A DNA stretch of 64,000 nucleotides from Cetorhinus maximus. Lineage: Eukaryota. Both the position numbers and the translations under genes were made by a program. Where the stretch lies: positions 25,668,001-25,732,000 of the forward strand of contig NC_135887.1 of assembly GCF_964194155.1 (NCBI RefSeq). Direction: 5' to 3'. The stretch's first letter is position 1, and each line of letters begins with the position of its first letter. Of this stretch, positions 1 through 12,231 are shown piece after piece. Under the pieces are notes generated by a model. It did not search any database, was not told the DNA's origin, and saw nothing but the letters and a program-made list of their open reading frames with translations.

Positions 1-2208
1 CGCTTGCATGTCTCTCTGGACTAACTGAGAGAAGGAGAGCTCGCGTGTCTGATCTGTGCGGGTTCTCTCTGGCAGCTCGCTATACAATCCTCGCACCAGG
101 AAGTTATCGAGTTTCACCAGCTCCTCCAAAGCCTGCAGAGGATTGAAACCTTCGGGGAGGGAGATCCTGGCATCGAGCAGCTCGTGGTTAGCTGTCCCTT
201 GGTTACGGTTCATTCTGCTGACAGGGGCCCGAGGATCGGCTGTCGAGAGATTGCCGATTGGGGCCGGAGATGATTGGTCCAAGGACTCATCGAAGGCTGA
301 CAGGGAATCCAGTGCTTCCGTGCCCTCCTCCAGGTCCTCCTCCTTCGAATGATCTCCAGAATCTTGCTCCACTGGCCAAGCCCCCTCTGAGCCCGATGTC
401 TCTGGGACCACCCCGTTAATGGGGCTGGCTGCCTGTATCTCAGAGCACCGCTCTGCCACATCCTTCAGGTGGCGGGTGATGGCAGGTGCCTCCGGTGGAG
501 CATAGCTGCCTCCTACCAGTCGCTGAGGGTGCGGTTGGTTAAACAGCTGGACCACCCCATAGCTGGTCAGGTGAGTGTGACTGTCCACCAGGTGTAAGCA
601 CACATTCTTAGCTTTAACTGCTTCCTTCCCCGTCAGTTTGTATCCGAATGTCAGATCTATCCAGTGGTGGAGGTTGAGTGAGACTTCCTTTGATTCCAGT
701 AGTTTGCGGTGAATGTCGATGAATTCCTGGTAGGAACCGCACCAGGCTGGAATATCCAGGTCTGGCATGTCAGGGTGGATGGACTGGAAGATGGTGGGAT
801 CAGTGTAAAACTCTGGGATGCACTCATCTGGTGTCCAGGATTGCATCCTCTCCATGCTTGCTGGATATTCATTGGGTTCCCACTGGGATCTCACGTGGCT
901 GCACAGGACAGACCGAGGCGTTCGGCGAGCTTTGTAAACGTAGTAGGTGATGTCAGAGAGGATATCAGAGATGTGATGAGGCACATGAAGCTGTTCCCCA
1001 GTCTGACCTCCAGCCACGAAGGCCTCCTTAGTCATCTGATAGGTGAAGTCCAGCTGCTTGTCTCCTTTGTTCAGTCGAAATTTGGATTTGCGAAGGTCCC
1101 GGAATTTTCCGTAAGGGGCAGTGAAATCCACCACCCAGGGCAGCACGGGGTGGTAGTTGGGATCCCCGGGTCTCCGCCCTGCTAACCTGTTCAACCCCAT
1201 CAGGTAGCTGAAGTTGCTGATTCTCCCGTGGACCCAGTCGGTGAGGAGTCCTGGCAGCTTCTCCAGCTGCCCGCTGCAGTCTGCCCGCTCACCACCCTGT
1301 GGGCCAGCCTCGCCCCCGATCAGCTCCGCACACTCTGGCCTCTCGTAGTCAGAGAGGCTGAGCTGGAGCTGGGTCCAGAGTCTCTCATCCACCATCAGCT
1401 GGTTCAGGGACAGGCTGCCACAGGCCAACCCCGCACGGTGGCAGGCCCGCATGGCTTGTAGGACCTGGAAGAGGATAAAGAGCACCTTGGCATGACTGCT
1501 GGCGAGCTTGGCAGGGCTGTACGTCACGACATCCCGCAGAGAGTAGCGAGAGAAGGGCTGGATCACATACAGGAAGTGGGCTGACTCGAGCAAGGCCTCA
1601 GCAGGGAGGAGATTGGGATGTGTCCCTTGGCTGACGGGGGATGGGTAAGGTCCAGCCTCTTTAGTGAGTGAGGAATCAGCACCAATGTGTATAAAGCTGC
1701 AGCCCAGCAGCCTGCTGAGCGAACCCTTCACAGACTCGAGGCAGGAAGGCCCTGGTTTCTCCATGCTAACTGTGTGGGGCCTGATGTAGCTCCCATGTGC
1801 CTTCCGCCACAGGTTTCTGTAATTCTGGTCAGTCACGTGTTTCATGAAGCCAGAAACCGTGTCCAAATCAAGCCCTCCGCCCACTCTCCCTGCTTCATCT
1901 GACCATCCTGGGGGGGAGCTGGATCTCCGTGATATGTGGTAAGCCAGCCGACTCTTCCTCAGGGTCTGGATGGAGATTCGGGTCCAGCCAGCAGGGAGCT
2001 TGTTGACTGAGGGCTGGAGGAAGGTGGCGATCTCAGCCTCACTGACACCCTCGGGCCTGGGGCAGGAGCTCGGAAGCAGTTTCCTCTCCTTCAGGCTGTT
2101 CAGCCACTTCACTGGCACATATGCCACCCACTGGCATCCTTCCCCTAACACCAGCTGCTTCCTGTCGATGCCCAAATCCTTCTCAATGCTGTCAACGAGG
2201 CACTCCAT
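1..2208 (-). CDS. WDR81: WD repeat-containing protein 81, first large coding exon (BEACH domain); runs off the window start
   Basis: Manual minus-strand translation from ATG at 2208 (in-frame TGA just upstream): MECLVDSIEKDLGIDRKQLVLGEG...KLPAGWTRISIQTLRKSRLAY; BEACH motifs DWVHGRISNFSYLMGLNRLAGRRPGDPNYHPVLPWVVDF, FRDLRKSKFRLNKGDKQLDFTY, WTPDECIPEFYTDP, LHHWIDLTFGYKLTGKEAV. Exon acceptor (pyrimidine tract + AG) at 2284-2283. Missing from the ORF track because there is no stop inside the window. Confidence 0.96.
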   Translation of the reverse strand, partial: MECLVDSIEKDLGIDRKQLVLGEGCQWVAYVPVKWLNSLKERKLLPSSCPRPEGVSEAEIATFLQPSVNKLPAGWTRISIQTLRKSRLAYHISRRSSSPPGWSDEAGRVGGGLDLDTVSGFMKHVTDQNYRNLWRKAHGSYIRPHTVSMEKPGPSCLESVKGSLSRLLGCSFIHIGADSSLTKEAGPYPSPVSQGTHPNLLPAEALLESAHFLYVIQPFSRYSLRDVVTYSPAKLASSHAKVLFILFQVLQAMRACHRAGLACGSLSLNQLMVDERLWTQLQLSLSDYERPECAELIGGEAGPQGGERADCSGQLEKLPGLLTDWVHGRISNFSYLMGLNRLAGRRPGDPNYHPVLPWVVDFTAPYGKFRDLRKSKFRLNKGDKQLDFTYQMTKEAFVAGGQTGEQLHVPHHISDILSDITYYVYKARRTPRSVLCSHVRSQWEPNEYPASMERMQSWTPDECIPEFYTDPTIFQSIHPDMPDLDIPAWCGSYQEFIDIHRKLLESKEVSLNLHHWIDLTFGYKLTGKEAVKAKNVCLHLVDSHTHLTSYGVVQLFNQPHPQRLVGGSYAPPEAPAITRHLKDVAERCSEIQAASPINGVVPETSGSEGAWPVEQDSGDHSKEEDLEEGTEALDSLSAFDESLDQSSPAPIGNLSTADPRAPVSRMNRNQGTANHELLDARISLPEGFNPLQALEELVKLDNFLVRGLYSELPERTRTDQTRELSFSQLVQRDMQA

Positions 2209-2553
2209 TCTCACGACCCGCCTGTTGAGACTTGAAGGCCATCAGCTGTCCCGGAATCAGTCCTCGGTCAGGACAGTCTCACCTTCAAAAAAAGACAAAG
2301 CAGAGCAAAATTAAACTTCACAAAAGGTCAACAGACAACTTTCTGGCCCTGGGAATACCTGCAAAATCAACCTGCTCCTCCGGCAGCATCATACAGAGCC
2401 TCAGCATCCCCAAACACTTCATCATTAACGGAGAACTGTTCGAAATATAACCAATTTGTTATGTAGGAAACACAGCTGCTACTTTGCAAACAGCAAGATT
2501 CCACAAAGAGCAATACCAAAATGACCAGATAATTTGTTGTCATGCCGAAAGTA

Positions 2554-5447
2554 GTACAGCACGGGGTTAAAAACAGAGTAAAGCTCCCTTTACACTGTCC
2601 CCATCAAACACTCCCAGGACAGGTACAGCATGGGATTAGATAGAGAGTAAAGCTCCCTCTACACCGTCCCCATCAAACACTTCCAGCGCAGGTACAGCAC
2701 AGGGTTAGATACAGAGTAAAGCTCCCTCTACACTGTCCCCATCAAACACTCCAAGGACAGGTACAGCACAGGGTTAGATACAGAGTAAAGCTCCCTTTAC
2801 ACTGTCCCCATCAAACACTCCAAGGACAGGTACAGCACAGGGTTAGATACAGAGTAAAGCTCCCTTTACACTGTCCCCATCAAACACTCCCAGGACAGGT
2901 ACAGCACAGGGTTAGATACAGAGTAAAGCTCCCTCTACACTGTCCCCATCAAACACTCCCAGGACAGGTACAGCACAGGTTTAGATACAGAGTAAAGCTC
3001 CCTCTACACTGTCCCCATCAAACACTCCCAGGACAGGTACAGCACAGGGTTAGATACAGAGTAAAGCTCCCTCCACACTCTCCCCATCAAACACTCCCAG
3101 GACAGGTACAGCACGGGGTTAGATACAGAGTAAAGCTCCCTCTACACTGTGCCCATCAAACACTCCCAGGACAGGTAAAGCACGGGCTTAGATACAGAGT
3201 AAAGCTCCCTCTACACCGTTCCCATCAAACACTCCCAGGACAGGTACAGCACGGGGTTAGACACAGAGTAAAGCTCCCTCCACACTCTCCCCATCAAACA
3301 CTCCCAGGACAGATACAGCATGGGGTTAGATACAGAGTAAAGCTCCCTCTACACTGTCCCCATCAAACACTCTCAGGACAGGTACAGCACGGGGTTAGAT
3401 ACAGAGTAAAGCTCCCTCTACACCGTTCCCATCAAACACTCCCAGGACAGGTACAGCATGGGGTTAGATACAGAGTAAAGCTCCCTCTACACTGTCCCCA
3501 TCAAACACTCCCAGGACAGGTACAGCACAGGGTTAGATACAGAGTAAAGCTCCCTCCACACTCTCCCCATCAAACACTCCCAGGACAGGTACAGCACGGG
3601 GTTAGATACAGAGTAAAGCTCCCTCTACACTGTCCCCATCAAACACTCCCAGGACAGGTACAGCACGGGGTTAGACACAGAGTAAAGCTCCCTCTACACT
3701 GTGCCCATCAAACACTCCCAGGACAGGTACAGCACGGGGTTAGACACAGATTAAAGCTCCCTCCACACTCTCCCCATCAAACACTCCAAGGACAGGTACA
3801 GCACGGGGTTAGATACAGAGTAAAGCTTCCTCTACACTGTGCCCATCAAACACTCCCAGGACAGGTACAGCACGGGGTTAGATACAGAGTAAAGCTCCCT
3901 CTACACCGTTCCCATCAAATACTCCCAGGACAGGTACAGCACGGGGTTAGATACAGAGTAAAGCTCCCTCTACACTGTCCCCATCAAACACTCCCAGGAC
4001 AGGTACAGCACGGGGTTAGATACAGAGTAAAGCTCCCTCTACACTGTCCCCATCAAACACTCCCAGGACAGGTACAGCACAGGGTTAGACACAGAGTAAA
4101 GCTCCCTCTACACTGTCTCCATCAAACACTCCCAGGACAGGTACAGCACGGGGTTAGACACAGATTAAAGCTCCCTCCACACTCTCCCCATCAAACACTC
4201 CCAGGACAGGTACAGCACGGGGTTAGATACAGAGTAAAGCTTCCTCTACACTGTGCCCATCAAACACTCCCAGGACAGGTACAGCACGGGGTTAGATACA
4301 GAGTAAAGCTCCCTCTACACCGTTCCCATCAAACACTCCCAGGACAGGTACAGCACGGGGTTAGATACAGAGTAAAGCTCCCTCTACACTGTCCCCATCA
4401 AACACTCCCAGGACAGGTACAGCACGGGGTTAGATACAGAGTAAAGCTCCCTCTACACTGTGCCCATCAAACACTCCCAGGACAGGTACAGCACGGGGTT
4501 AGACACAGAGTAAAGCTCCCTCTACACTGTCCCCATCAAACACTCCCAGGACAGGTACAGCACGGGGTTAGATACAGAGTAAAGCTTCCTCTACACTGTC
4601 CCCATCAAACACTCCAAGGACAGTTACAGCACGGGGTTAGATACAGAGTAAAGCTTCCTCTACACTGTCCCCATCAAACACTCCCAGGACAGGTACAGCA
4701 TGGGGTTAGATACAGAGTAAATCTCCCTCTACACTGTCCCCATCAAACACTCCCAGGACAGGTACAGCACGGGGTTAGATACAGAGTAAAGCTTCCTCTA
4801 CACTGTCCCCATCAAACACTCCCAGGACAGTTACAGCACGGGGTTAGATACAGAGTAAAGCTTCCTCTACACTGTCCCCATCAAACACTCCCAGGACAGG
4901 TACAGCATGGGGTTAGATACAGAGTAAAGCTCCCTCTACACTGTCCCCATCAAACACTCCCAGGACAGGTACAGCATGGGGTTAGATACAGAGTAAAGCT
5001 CCCTCTACACCGTTCCCATCAAACACTCCCAGGACAGGTACAGCACGGGGTTAGATACAGAGTAAAGCTCCCTCTACACTGTCCCCATCAAACACTCCCA
5101 GGACAGGTACAGCACGGGGTTAGATACAGAGTAAAGCTCCCTCTACACTGTGCCCATCAAACACTCCCAGGACAGGTACAGCACGGGGTTAGACACAGAG
5201 TAAAGCTCCCTCTACACTGTCCCCATCAAACACTCCCAGGACAGGTACAGCACGGGGTTAGATACAGAGTAAAGCTTCCTCTACACTGTCCCCATCAAAC
5301 ACTCCCAGGACAGTTACAGCACGGGGTTAGATACAGAGTAAAGCTTCCTCTACACTGTCCCCATCAAACACTCCCAGGACAGGTACAGCACGGGGTTAGA
5401 TACAGAGTAAAGCTCCCTCTACACTGTCCCCATCAAACACTCCCAGG
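2554..5447 (+). repeat. 69-bp tandem minisatellite, about 42 copies, in WDR81 intron 1
   Basis: Unit GTACAGCACGGGGTTAGATACAGAGTAAAGCTCCCTCTACACTGTCCCCATCAAACACTCCCAGGACAG; period checked at 2761 and 2830; no spacers. Confidence 0.97.
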
Positions 5448-5574
5448 GTTTATTGGGTTAGTTGATGATTAATTCTCTCTATTTTTAATCCGGCTCCAGT
5501 TCCGCTCCAGGTTTTGTACTTCTCTTTTTTCTGATTTCGGGAAGGGCAGCGGCTGATCCCGGTCCTACACTCAC

Positions 5575-5720
5575 CTCCCGGTCCCACACTCACCTCCCGG
5601 TCCCACACTCACCTCCCGCTGCTCCAAGAGGTGAAGCCGCTGTTGAGCGGGCATCAGCTGACCGGTCACATGACCCTCCGTTTGGATACACTGGGAGCAC
5701 GTGACCCGGAACCAGGAAAT
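5575..5720 (-). promoter_or_regulatory. WDR81: Probable WDR81 non-coding exon 1 and core promoter with CLEAR/E-box motifs
   Basis: CpG-containing unique patch; minus-strand GAG|GTGAGT donors with exon ends at 5613, 5594 and 5575; GGTCACATGACC (5664-5675), GCACGTGACC (5697-5706), ETS-like CCGGAA near 5706. Confidence 0.6.
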
Positions 5721-5735
5721 GCCAAGAAAGGGAGG

Positions 5736-6528
5736 AAGGCACAGAAATTACACCCCCCACCCCGGGACAGAGACAGAGAAACGCCCCCCCCCCCACCTCC
5801 CCCAAGAAAGAGACACAGAATCTCCCCCCACCGTCGCAGGCCAGAGACACAGAAATTCCCCACCCCCCGCGATAGAGACACAGAAACTCCCCAACCCTCA
5901 TCCCACACCCTCACCCCTGGGGACAGAGGTGCAGAAGTCCCCAGCCCCCAGGATAGAGACACAGAAACTCCCCACCCCCTGGGTCAGACACAGAAACTCC
6001 CCACCTGCCAGGATAGAGACACATAAACTCCCCACCCCTCGGGACAGAGACACAGGAACACCCCACCACCCCTCGGGACATAGACACAGGAACACCCCAC
6101 CACCCCTCCCCCCCCCACCCCCTCGGGACAGAGACACAGGAACTCCCCACCCCCCGGGACAAAGACACAGAAACTCCCCACCTGCCAGGACAGAGACACA
6201 TAAACTCCCCACCACCTCAGGACAGAGACACAGGAACTCCCCCCCCCCCACCACCACCTCAGGATAGAGACACAGGAACTCCCCCCCCCACCACCACCAC
6301 CTCAGGATAGAGACACAGGAACTCCCCCCCCCACCACCACCTCAGGACAGAGACATTGAAACTCCCTACCCTCAAGGGACAGAGAAGCAGAAACCCCCCA
6401 CCCCTGGGACAGAAACAGAAATTCTCTAGCCCTTCCCCCCAAGGACACAGACACAGAAACCCCCCCCCCCCCAACACACCGGGGAAAGAGGCATAAAAAC
6501 TGCCACCCACCTCCACCCCCACCCTGGG
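5736..6528 (+). repeat. Degenerate C-rich tandem repeat (GGACAGAGACACAGAAACTCCCC... units)
   Basis: Recurring GACAGAGACACAG-AACTCCCC cores with C runs; source of the spurious Pro/Arg ORFs at 5590-6621. Confidence 0.85.
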
Positions 6529-6893
6529 TGTTGTGTGTTGGTTATGTCTGGCTAAGAAATGGTTGCAGAGACGGAGATACACTGTGGGTGTACCTACATC
6601 ACATGGACTGCAGCGGTTCAAGAAGGCAGCTCACCACCACCTTCACAAGGGCAACTAGGGATGGGCAATAAATGTTGGCCCAACCAGGCAAGCCCACATC
6701 CCATGAATGAGTTTTTAAAAATCTGAACAATAATTGATATATTATATGAACATAACTATGTGCAGATGTACAAGACTAGGTGTTACTCAGTCTAAGCCAT
6801 AGACTTTCTCCTTCGCAACACTTAGTCATGTGACTCTGACATCATCATGTGGGTGGTACAGTTTCTCAGGAGATGCAGGCTTTGAATTCAGTA
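6529..6893 (-). mobile_element. Gypsy LTR 3' portion (inverted), interrupted by a LINE 3'-tail fragment (about 6580-6720)
   Basis: 6529-6578 and 6722-6808 are the reverse complement of the LTR segment at 7757-7896; starts TGTTG (the LTR end CAACA). Confidence 0.75.
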
Positions 6894-7754
6894 GTAATGA
6901 GACCACCAAGTCTCAAGAATTTTTTCATAAAACTAAATTAAACATTTATTAATACAAGAAAAATTGTAAGCACATACATGTCTACAAAATTACTACTATA
7001 ATAATACTATACTATACTAATACTATAATAATACAATACTATACTACAAAAATCCCCTAATTAATCTGACTCTCAGTTACACCCCCATTAAGGCAACAGT
7101 AAAACTCATAGATTAAAAGAAAAGACACCAGGCAAAGCACATGTGACTTTACAAATTCAAAATGAGGTTCCTTGCAAACACAGTTGCAGGCGTACAGGCT
7201 GGTTAGATCTTAAATGCTTCTGCCTTACACAGACAAACTCCTTTCTGTTTATACCTAGCTTTTCCTTTGAATGTAAATTTCCCATTGTATTACTAGATTT
7301 TTAATTGTACCTCTTACAATAATACCCTTTGATTCCACCAATTTTATTCGTAAACTAAAAAATAAACACATTACTTGGCATCTTCTAGCTAGGTGCAAGA
7401 TTTCACCCATTCTTTTGAATGCTTTATTTAAAAATTGCAAATTTACACCCTTAATACCTATGTTTCCAAACTTCCCCATGTTTACCTGATTACCATTTCA
7501 AACCTACTTCTTTCTATACATCAAAGCACCCAGACTAGCTAGCTTTAATCCATTTAAGACACACACACATAGACAGACACCACTAAACTCTATTTTAAAA
7601 AATAATTCCCAATAACATTATAGACATTAAGTTCTGATGAAGAGTCATATGGACTCAAAACGTTAACTGTGTTCCTCTCCACAGATGCTATCAGACCTGC
7701 TGAGTTTTTCCAGCTATTTTTATTTTTGTTATGGACATTAATCTTTTCATGACA
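6894..7754. mobile_element. Solo LTR-like element with a nested short Penelope-like terminal repeat fragment (about 7630-7730)
   Basis: AT-rich, ends ...CATGACA, contains TTTATT; the nested GAAGAGTCA...CAGATGCT...CCTGCTGAGTTTTTCCAGC motif recurs at about 50890-50940. Confidence 0.5.
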
Positions 7755-10700
7755 AAGAAAGCCCATGGCTTAGACTGAGTAACATCTAGTCTGGTACACC
7801 TGTACATAGTTATGTTCATATAATAAATCAATTATTGTTCAGGCATCTCTATGTCTCTGCAGCCGTTCCTTAGCCAGTCACAACCAACATACAACATGGT
7901 GGCAGCAGTGAAGGACTCCAAAATCTCCGAAAATCAAATTTTTAAAAGTTTGCAAGTCTGACTTGGAATAAAAGGCACCAATACTGAAGACTTTGGTAAG
8001 ACAGTTGAAAATCTCGAAAGCAACTCCATCGAAGATGTGGAGGCTGAAAGGCAGAGAAAAAAATGAACTGTCCAGCTTACTGAGAGCTACACCATAGCAC
8101 TTGCGGTCCATGAAAAATCCCCATCCATCAACAGGGTCAAAGAACCTGGAGTTGTTCAGGGAAGGCTGACCAAATCTTTAAAAAGCCTCAAGACCTTCAA
8201 ATTACTGGAGCCGTAAGCAGGCAGCACTGGGCAGATTCCATTTTAACGAGCGGCAGTTTTGATAAACCCCAGAGCCTAGATCTGAACTCAGAACCATTAC
8301 ATATGGTGACCACGAGGCAGCAATTGAAGAAAGATCAGCTGCTTAAAAGCAATTCCCCAACAAGAGGAAATCAGTGAATGAAGCTTAATACTAACTTCCA
8401 GTGATTAGTTTCGAAATTCTACAAAGTTTAGGAATGATTACCAAAAAGGAGCAGTGACTGCAGCAGCTATCAGTAAAAACCTGATCAGCGTGGGGAAACT
8501 CCATCACTGCAACAAACTCTTAAAAAGTCCAGGCAAACTACCTCAGAGCTGAGAACAGCTATAGATTCCACATTTACTTTGCCAGACTGATTTGGGCACA
8601 TGGAAGGGCCAGACCAAACACAGAATTGGGCATTATGGAGGAAGAGATTTTTTTAAGATTCAGAATTGCATCTGGATTGAATAATAAGCCAGAGGTTGAA
8701 CAAGTCAATACATTGTTGTTGGAACAATTGCTGATGATCAGATCGCAAGACAAGGCATTAATGAAACATCGGGCACATTCAAAGAAGTCTTAAAAGCCTT
8801 TGATAATTATTTTAATTTACAGAGTAACAAGATATTAACAAGAGCCAAGTTTAACAAAACGATCCAGAAATGGGGTGAACCTTTATCAATGATCTGTATC
8901 GATTGGCTGAAGATTGTGAATACGGTGATGTTAAAACTGAGCTGATATGAGATTGCATTGTGGTCGGGGTTACTGATGACACCCTATCTGACCTACTGCA
9001 ATCCAAAGAAAACTTCACTTTGGAGAAGGTGAGACAGTTAGTCAGACAATCAGAGGTCCCTCAGCAAAATAGAGCCATAATTTGAGGGGAAGACAAACGG
9101 TGGTTCAGAAAACCCTTAGTAATTGTACAACTTATTAAACAAAAGAATGTCAAAGACACTCCAGGGAAAAGGAGACCTTCTGGGACAAAAGCTCAAGACA
9201 GCATTAAGCCATGACAGCGCTGTGGCACCAAACAGCCCCACAGGATGAACACTGTCCTGCAAGAACTGCAGAATGCTTTCATTGTAAAAGGTATGGACCC
9301 TTTGGAAAAATGTGCAGAACTAAAGACTCCAGAAGCACAGAGGATAACGAGAGAATCTTTGCACACAAGGCCATTAACAAAGTTGGGAAATCTCAACAAG
9401 AAGAGGAACAATAATGTTTCCTGGGCGAGATCTAAGAGCCCATATTCACATTCTGGAAGGTGGACGTTTGTGTCAATGGATAGATTATTCATTTCAAATT
9501 GGGTACAGGAGCCAGTGGAACAGTCCTGCCCGATAAAGAACCGTGGCTAAGTAAAACAATGCTTGAGGCCATCTACCACCTGGTTATATGGCTCAGAGGG
9601 ATCAAGCTGCAGATCAAATTTACTTTACAGGCAACACTCCAATACAGGAACAAACAGATACTGGAAATATTACACGTTCTTCGCAATCAGGAACTCTCTC
9701 TTCTGAGCCGAAGCCCCTGTGTCAACCTGAATCTCATCAAGACAGAAGAGGACATCAATGAACAGACAGTCATCGGAGGTACCAAATCTGAGTCTCTCAA
9801 ACCATCCATGTGCTCTGATGATCGAGATTGGGACTTCAGCACTGATGTTTTTGACTTTCTTCACAGAGGCTCTTTTCCAGGGAGATGTCCAGGAGGGAGA
9901 GAGTAATCTTGTTTTCACTGAAGAGGGGCTGAACCATTTGGACCAATGAGTACCTGAGTGTGAGTGTGATCCTTCATCACTCTGTGCATCGCCTGAGAAG
10001 ACGGAAGATGAAACTCAAGTGATAGAATCCACTTGTACAATACCACATTCATCCAACAGTGGTGACCCCTTGGTAAATGAATCACACCTATCCATCCACC
10101 AGGAGTGGTAGTCAAGGATGCTAGCAGGTCAAACAAGTCCAGAACTAGAGACAGAACCAAGCCAGACAACGTCCACCTCTTCCATGTTCGAAGGCATTGA
10201 CCTTCCTGCTACAGCAGGGTTAAGGGGATGCAAAACGTTGATCAAGTGCCTTCCTCACAGCTTCCTGTTCTGCCTAAACAATTCTTTCCAGAAGCAGCAG
10301 TCCAGGGTTACCCAAGCGTACATGAACAAGAGGCTACAAGGAGTCATCACTCCAGAAGTAAAGAAGGATGGACAAAACCGTCAAAAGGAACCAGGGTCAA
10401 CTCAACAGATGAGGATAGGGAACATATGCAGCGTGTCATGAAATCCATTGATCTGTGGAGATTGTAACATTTAAGGTACAGGATGTTTCAATGCTTGTTA
10501 CATTGGTTCCTGCCGATTAATAAGGGTGGGACCATCTGGGAGTGTTTTGATAGGTCAATGGAACAGTTCAAAGGTCAGTGAACAGCAGTTGGCAGCCAGT
10601 CAGCTTTGGGGAGCCAGCCTACAAGTGCCAAGAGAGACAGAGGACAAAACAGGTCCCAGTTAAGTTAAAGAAAGCTGCGGGAAGCAGACTTTAAGTAAAG

Positions 10701-11506
10701 AGGGCCATTGGGAAAAGGTACCTCTTTGGAGCAGTGGTGTTCTGCTTGGCAGGGCCATACATCTGAAAGTGTGCTTATAAGCTAGTGTTTGAATTACTTG
10801 TGAATCCAGGGAGAAGGAATCTCAGGAGACAAGATTGAAAACCTGCATGGTGGGCCATTGCTAAAGCTGTCCAAGTGGGAGAGGCTTTTGGAGAAAACTC
10901 CAAGATAGGATCTTCAAAGGTGGAGATTGGAACCCTCATGGGAAAGACAAAGTTTCAGTGAGATTGATTGACTCACAGTGGGACGAACATCTGGGTGATT
11001 ACTTGAGAATTCCATAGACTCTGTCTTGGGTGTGTCTGTCATTTACTCTGTAATGTGGTGTGTTCAACCACAGTGTTTCTGTTAATTCACATGTACCTCA
11101 TCCTTACCCTGAATGTCAGAGTATAAGATATATGTAGTCAATTGTTTTATCTTTCTGAACTTGTACAGTAAAGTTTGTCAAAGACCAACCAAGTTACTGC
11201 ACGACAGAGTAAATGACAGACGCACCCAAGACAGAGCCTATGGAATTCTCAAGTAATCATCCAGATGTTCGTCCCACTGTGAGTCAATCAAGTCAAAGCA
11301 AAGAAGTCCAAAGGGAGACTACTCATCTTCCAAGCCTCACAAGGACACGATCAGGGGAGAGTTTGAAACCTCCAGACCGATTAACCTTATAAAGCCAGAG
11401 ACTTGGGGAGAGGTGAGGTAGTATGTAAACATAAATTTAAAATATCTTTGGATAAAGACTTGGGGGGAGATGTAATATTAGGGTGTTCAGGGCTGAAAGG
11501 GTTAAC
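7755..11506 (+). mobile_element. Degenerate Gypsy/Ty3 LTR retrotransposon (partial 5' LTR, PBS, gag, protease, PPT, start of 3' LTR); most of pol deleted; nested LTR-like insert at about 10467-11175
   Basis: LTR end CAACA at 7896 followed by PBS-like TGGTGGCAGCAG; gag relics (RFRIASGL...EQVNTLL, RAKFNK); zinc knuckle CPARTAECFHCKRYGPFGKMC (ORF 9211-9414); protease FKLGTGA near 9500; PPT TGGGGGGAGA 11461-11470 then TGTAAT. Confidence 0.85.
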
Positions 11507-11587
11507 CCACCCTCTGGGACAGAGACACACTACTGACAAGACACAGACCCCACGCCCAACCCCACCCCCATCACAGAAGGTGAAAGC

Positions 11588-12225
11588 GATCATAACATGG
11601 TAGAATTTCATGTTCAGTTTGAAGGGGAGAAGTGTGTGTCTAAGACTAGTGTTCTATACCTGAATAAAGGTAATTATAAGGGTATGAAGGCAGAGCTAGC
11701 TAATGTGAACTGGGAAACTAGGTTAAAAGGTAGGACAGTGGAGATGCAGTGGCAGACTTTTAGGAAGGTATTTAATAACTTTCCCAATAGATTTATCCCA
11801 GTAAGTGAGAAAGACTCTTTGAGAAGGATGCTTCATCCATGTCTGAATAAAGAAGTAAAGGACAGTGTTAAATTGAAAGAAACACTGAAGAAATCTGCAA
11901 AGATTAGTGATCAGAAGATTAGTGATCAGAAGATTCGTCAGATTTTAAGAACCAGCAAAGAAAGACTGAATAAAATGAAGAGGGAGAAAGAAGAGTGTGA
12001 GAGGAAGCTAAAAACAGATAGTAAGAGTTTCTACAAGTATTCAAATAGGAAGGAGTATCTAAAGCTAATGTTGGTCCTCTAGAGAGTGAGTCTGAGGAAT
12101 TGATAATGGAAAACAAGAAAATAATGGAGGCATTGAACATATATTTTGTTTCTGTCTTCACTGTAGAAGACTTAGAAAACTTCCCAAAGATACTTGAAAA
12201 TCAAAAGGTGAACAGGAGGGAGCAA
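11588..12225 (+). mobile_element. CR1-type LINE ORF2 fragment
   Basis: ORF 11597-12082 (DHNMVEF...LNKGNYKGMKAELANVNWETRL...QWQTF...KTDSKSFYKY) and ...EALNIYFVSVFTVED are typical CR1 post-endonuclease sequence. Confidence 0.85.
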
Positions 12226-12231
12226 ATTTTT

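Noticed and set aside
2277-2284. AG|GTGAGA at the WDR81 acceptor as a recursive splice site
   Set aside because: The intron is short and using this donor would remove the main coding exon; probably chance.
56-2450. Plus-strand ORFs listed in the ORF track
   Set aside because: Antisense shadows of the WDR81 coding exon.
2554-5447. CRISPR-like array
   Set aside because: Units are contiguous near-identical 69-mers with no unique spacers, in a eukaryotic intron with no cas genes.
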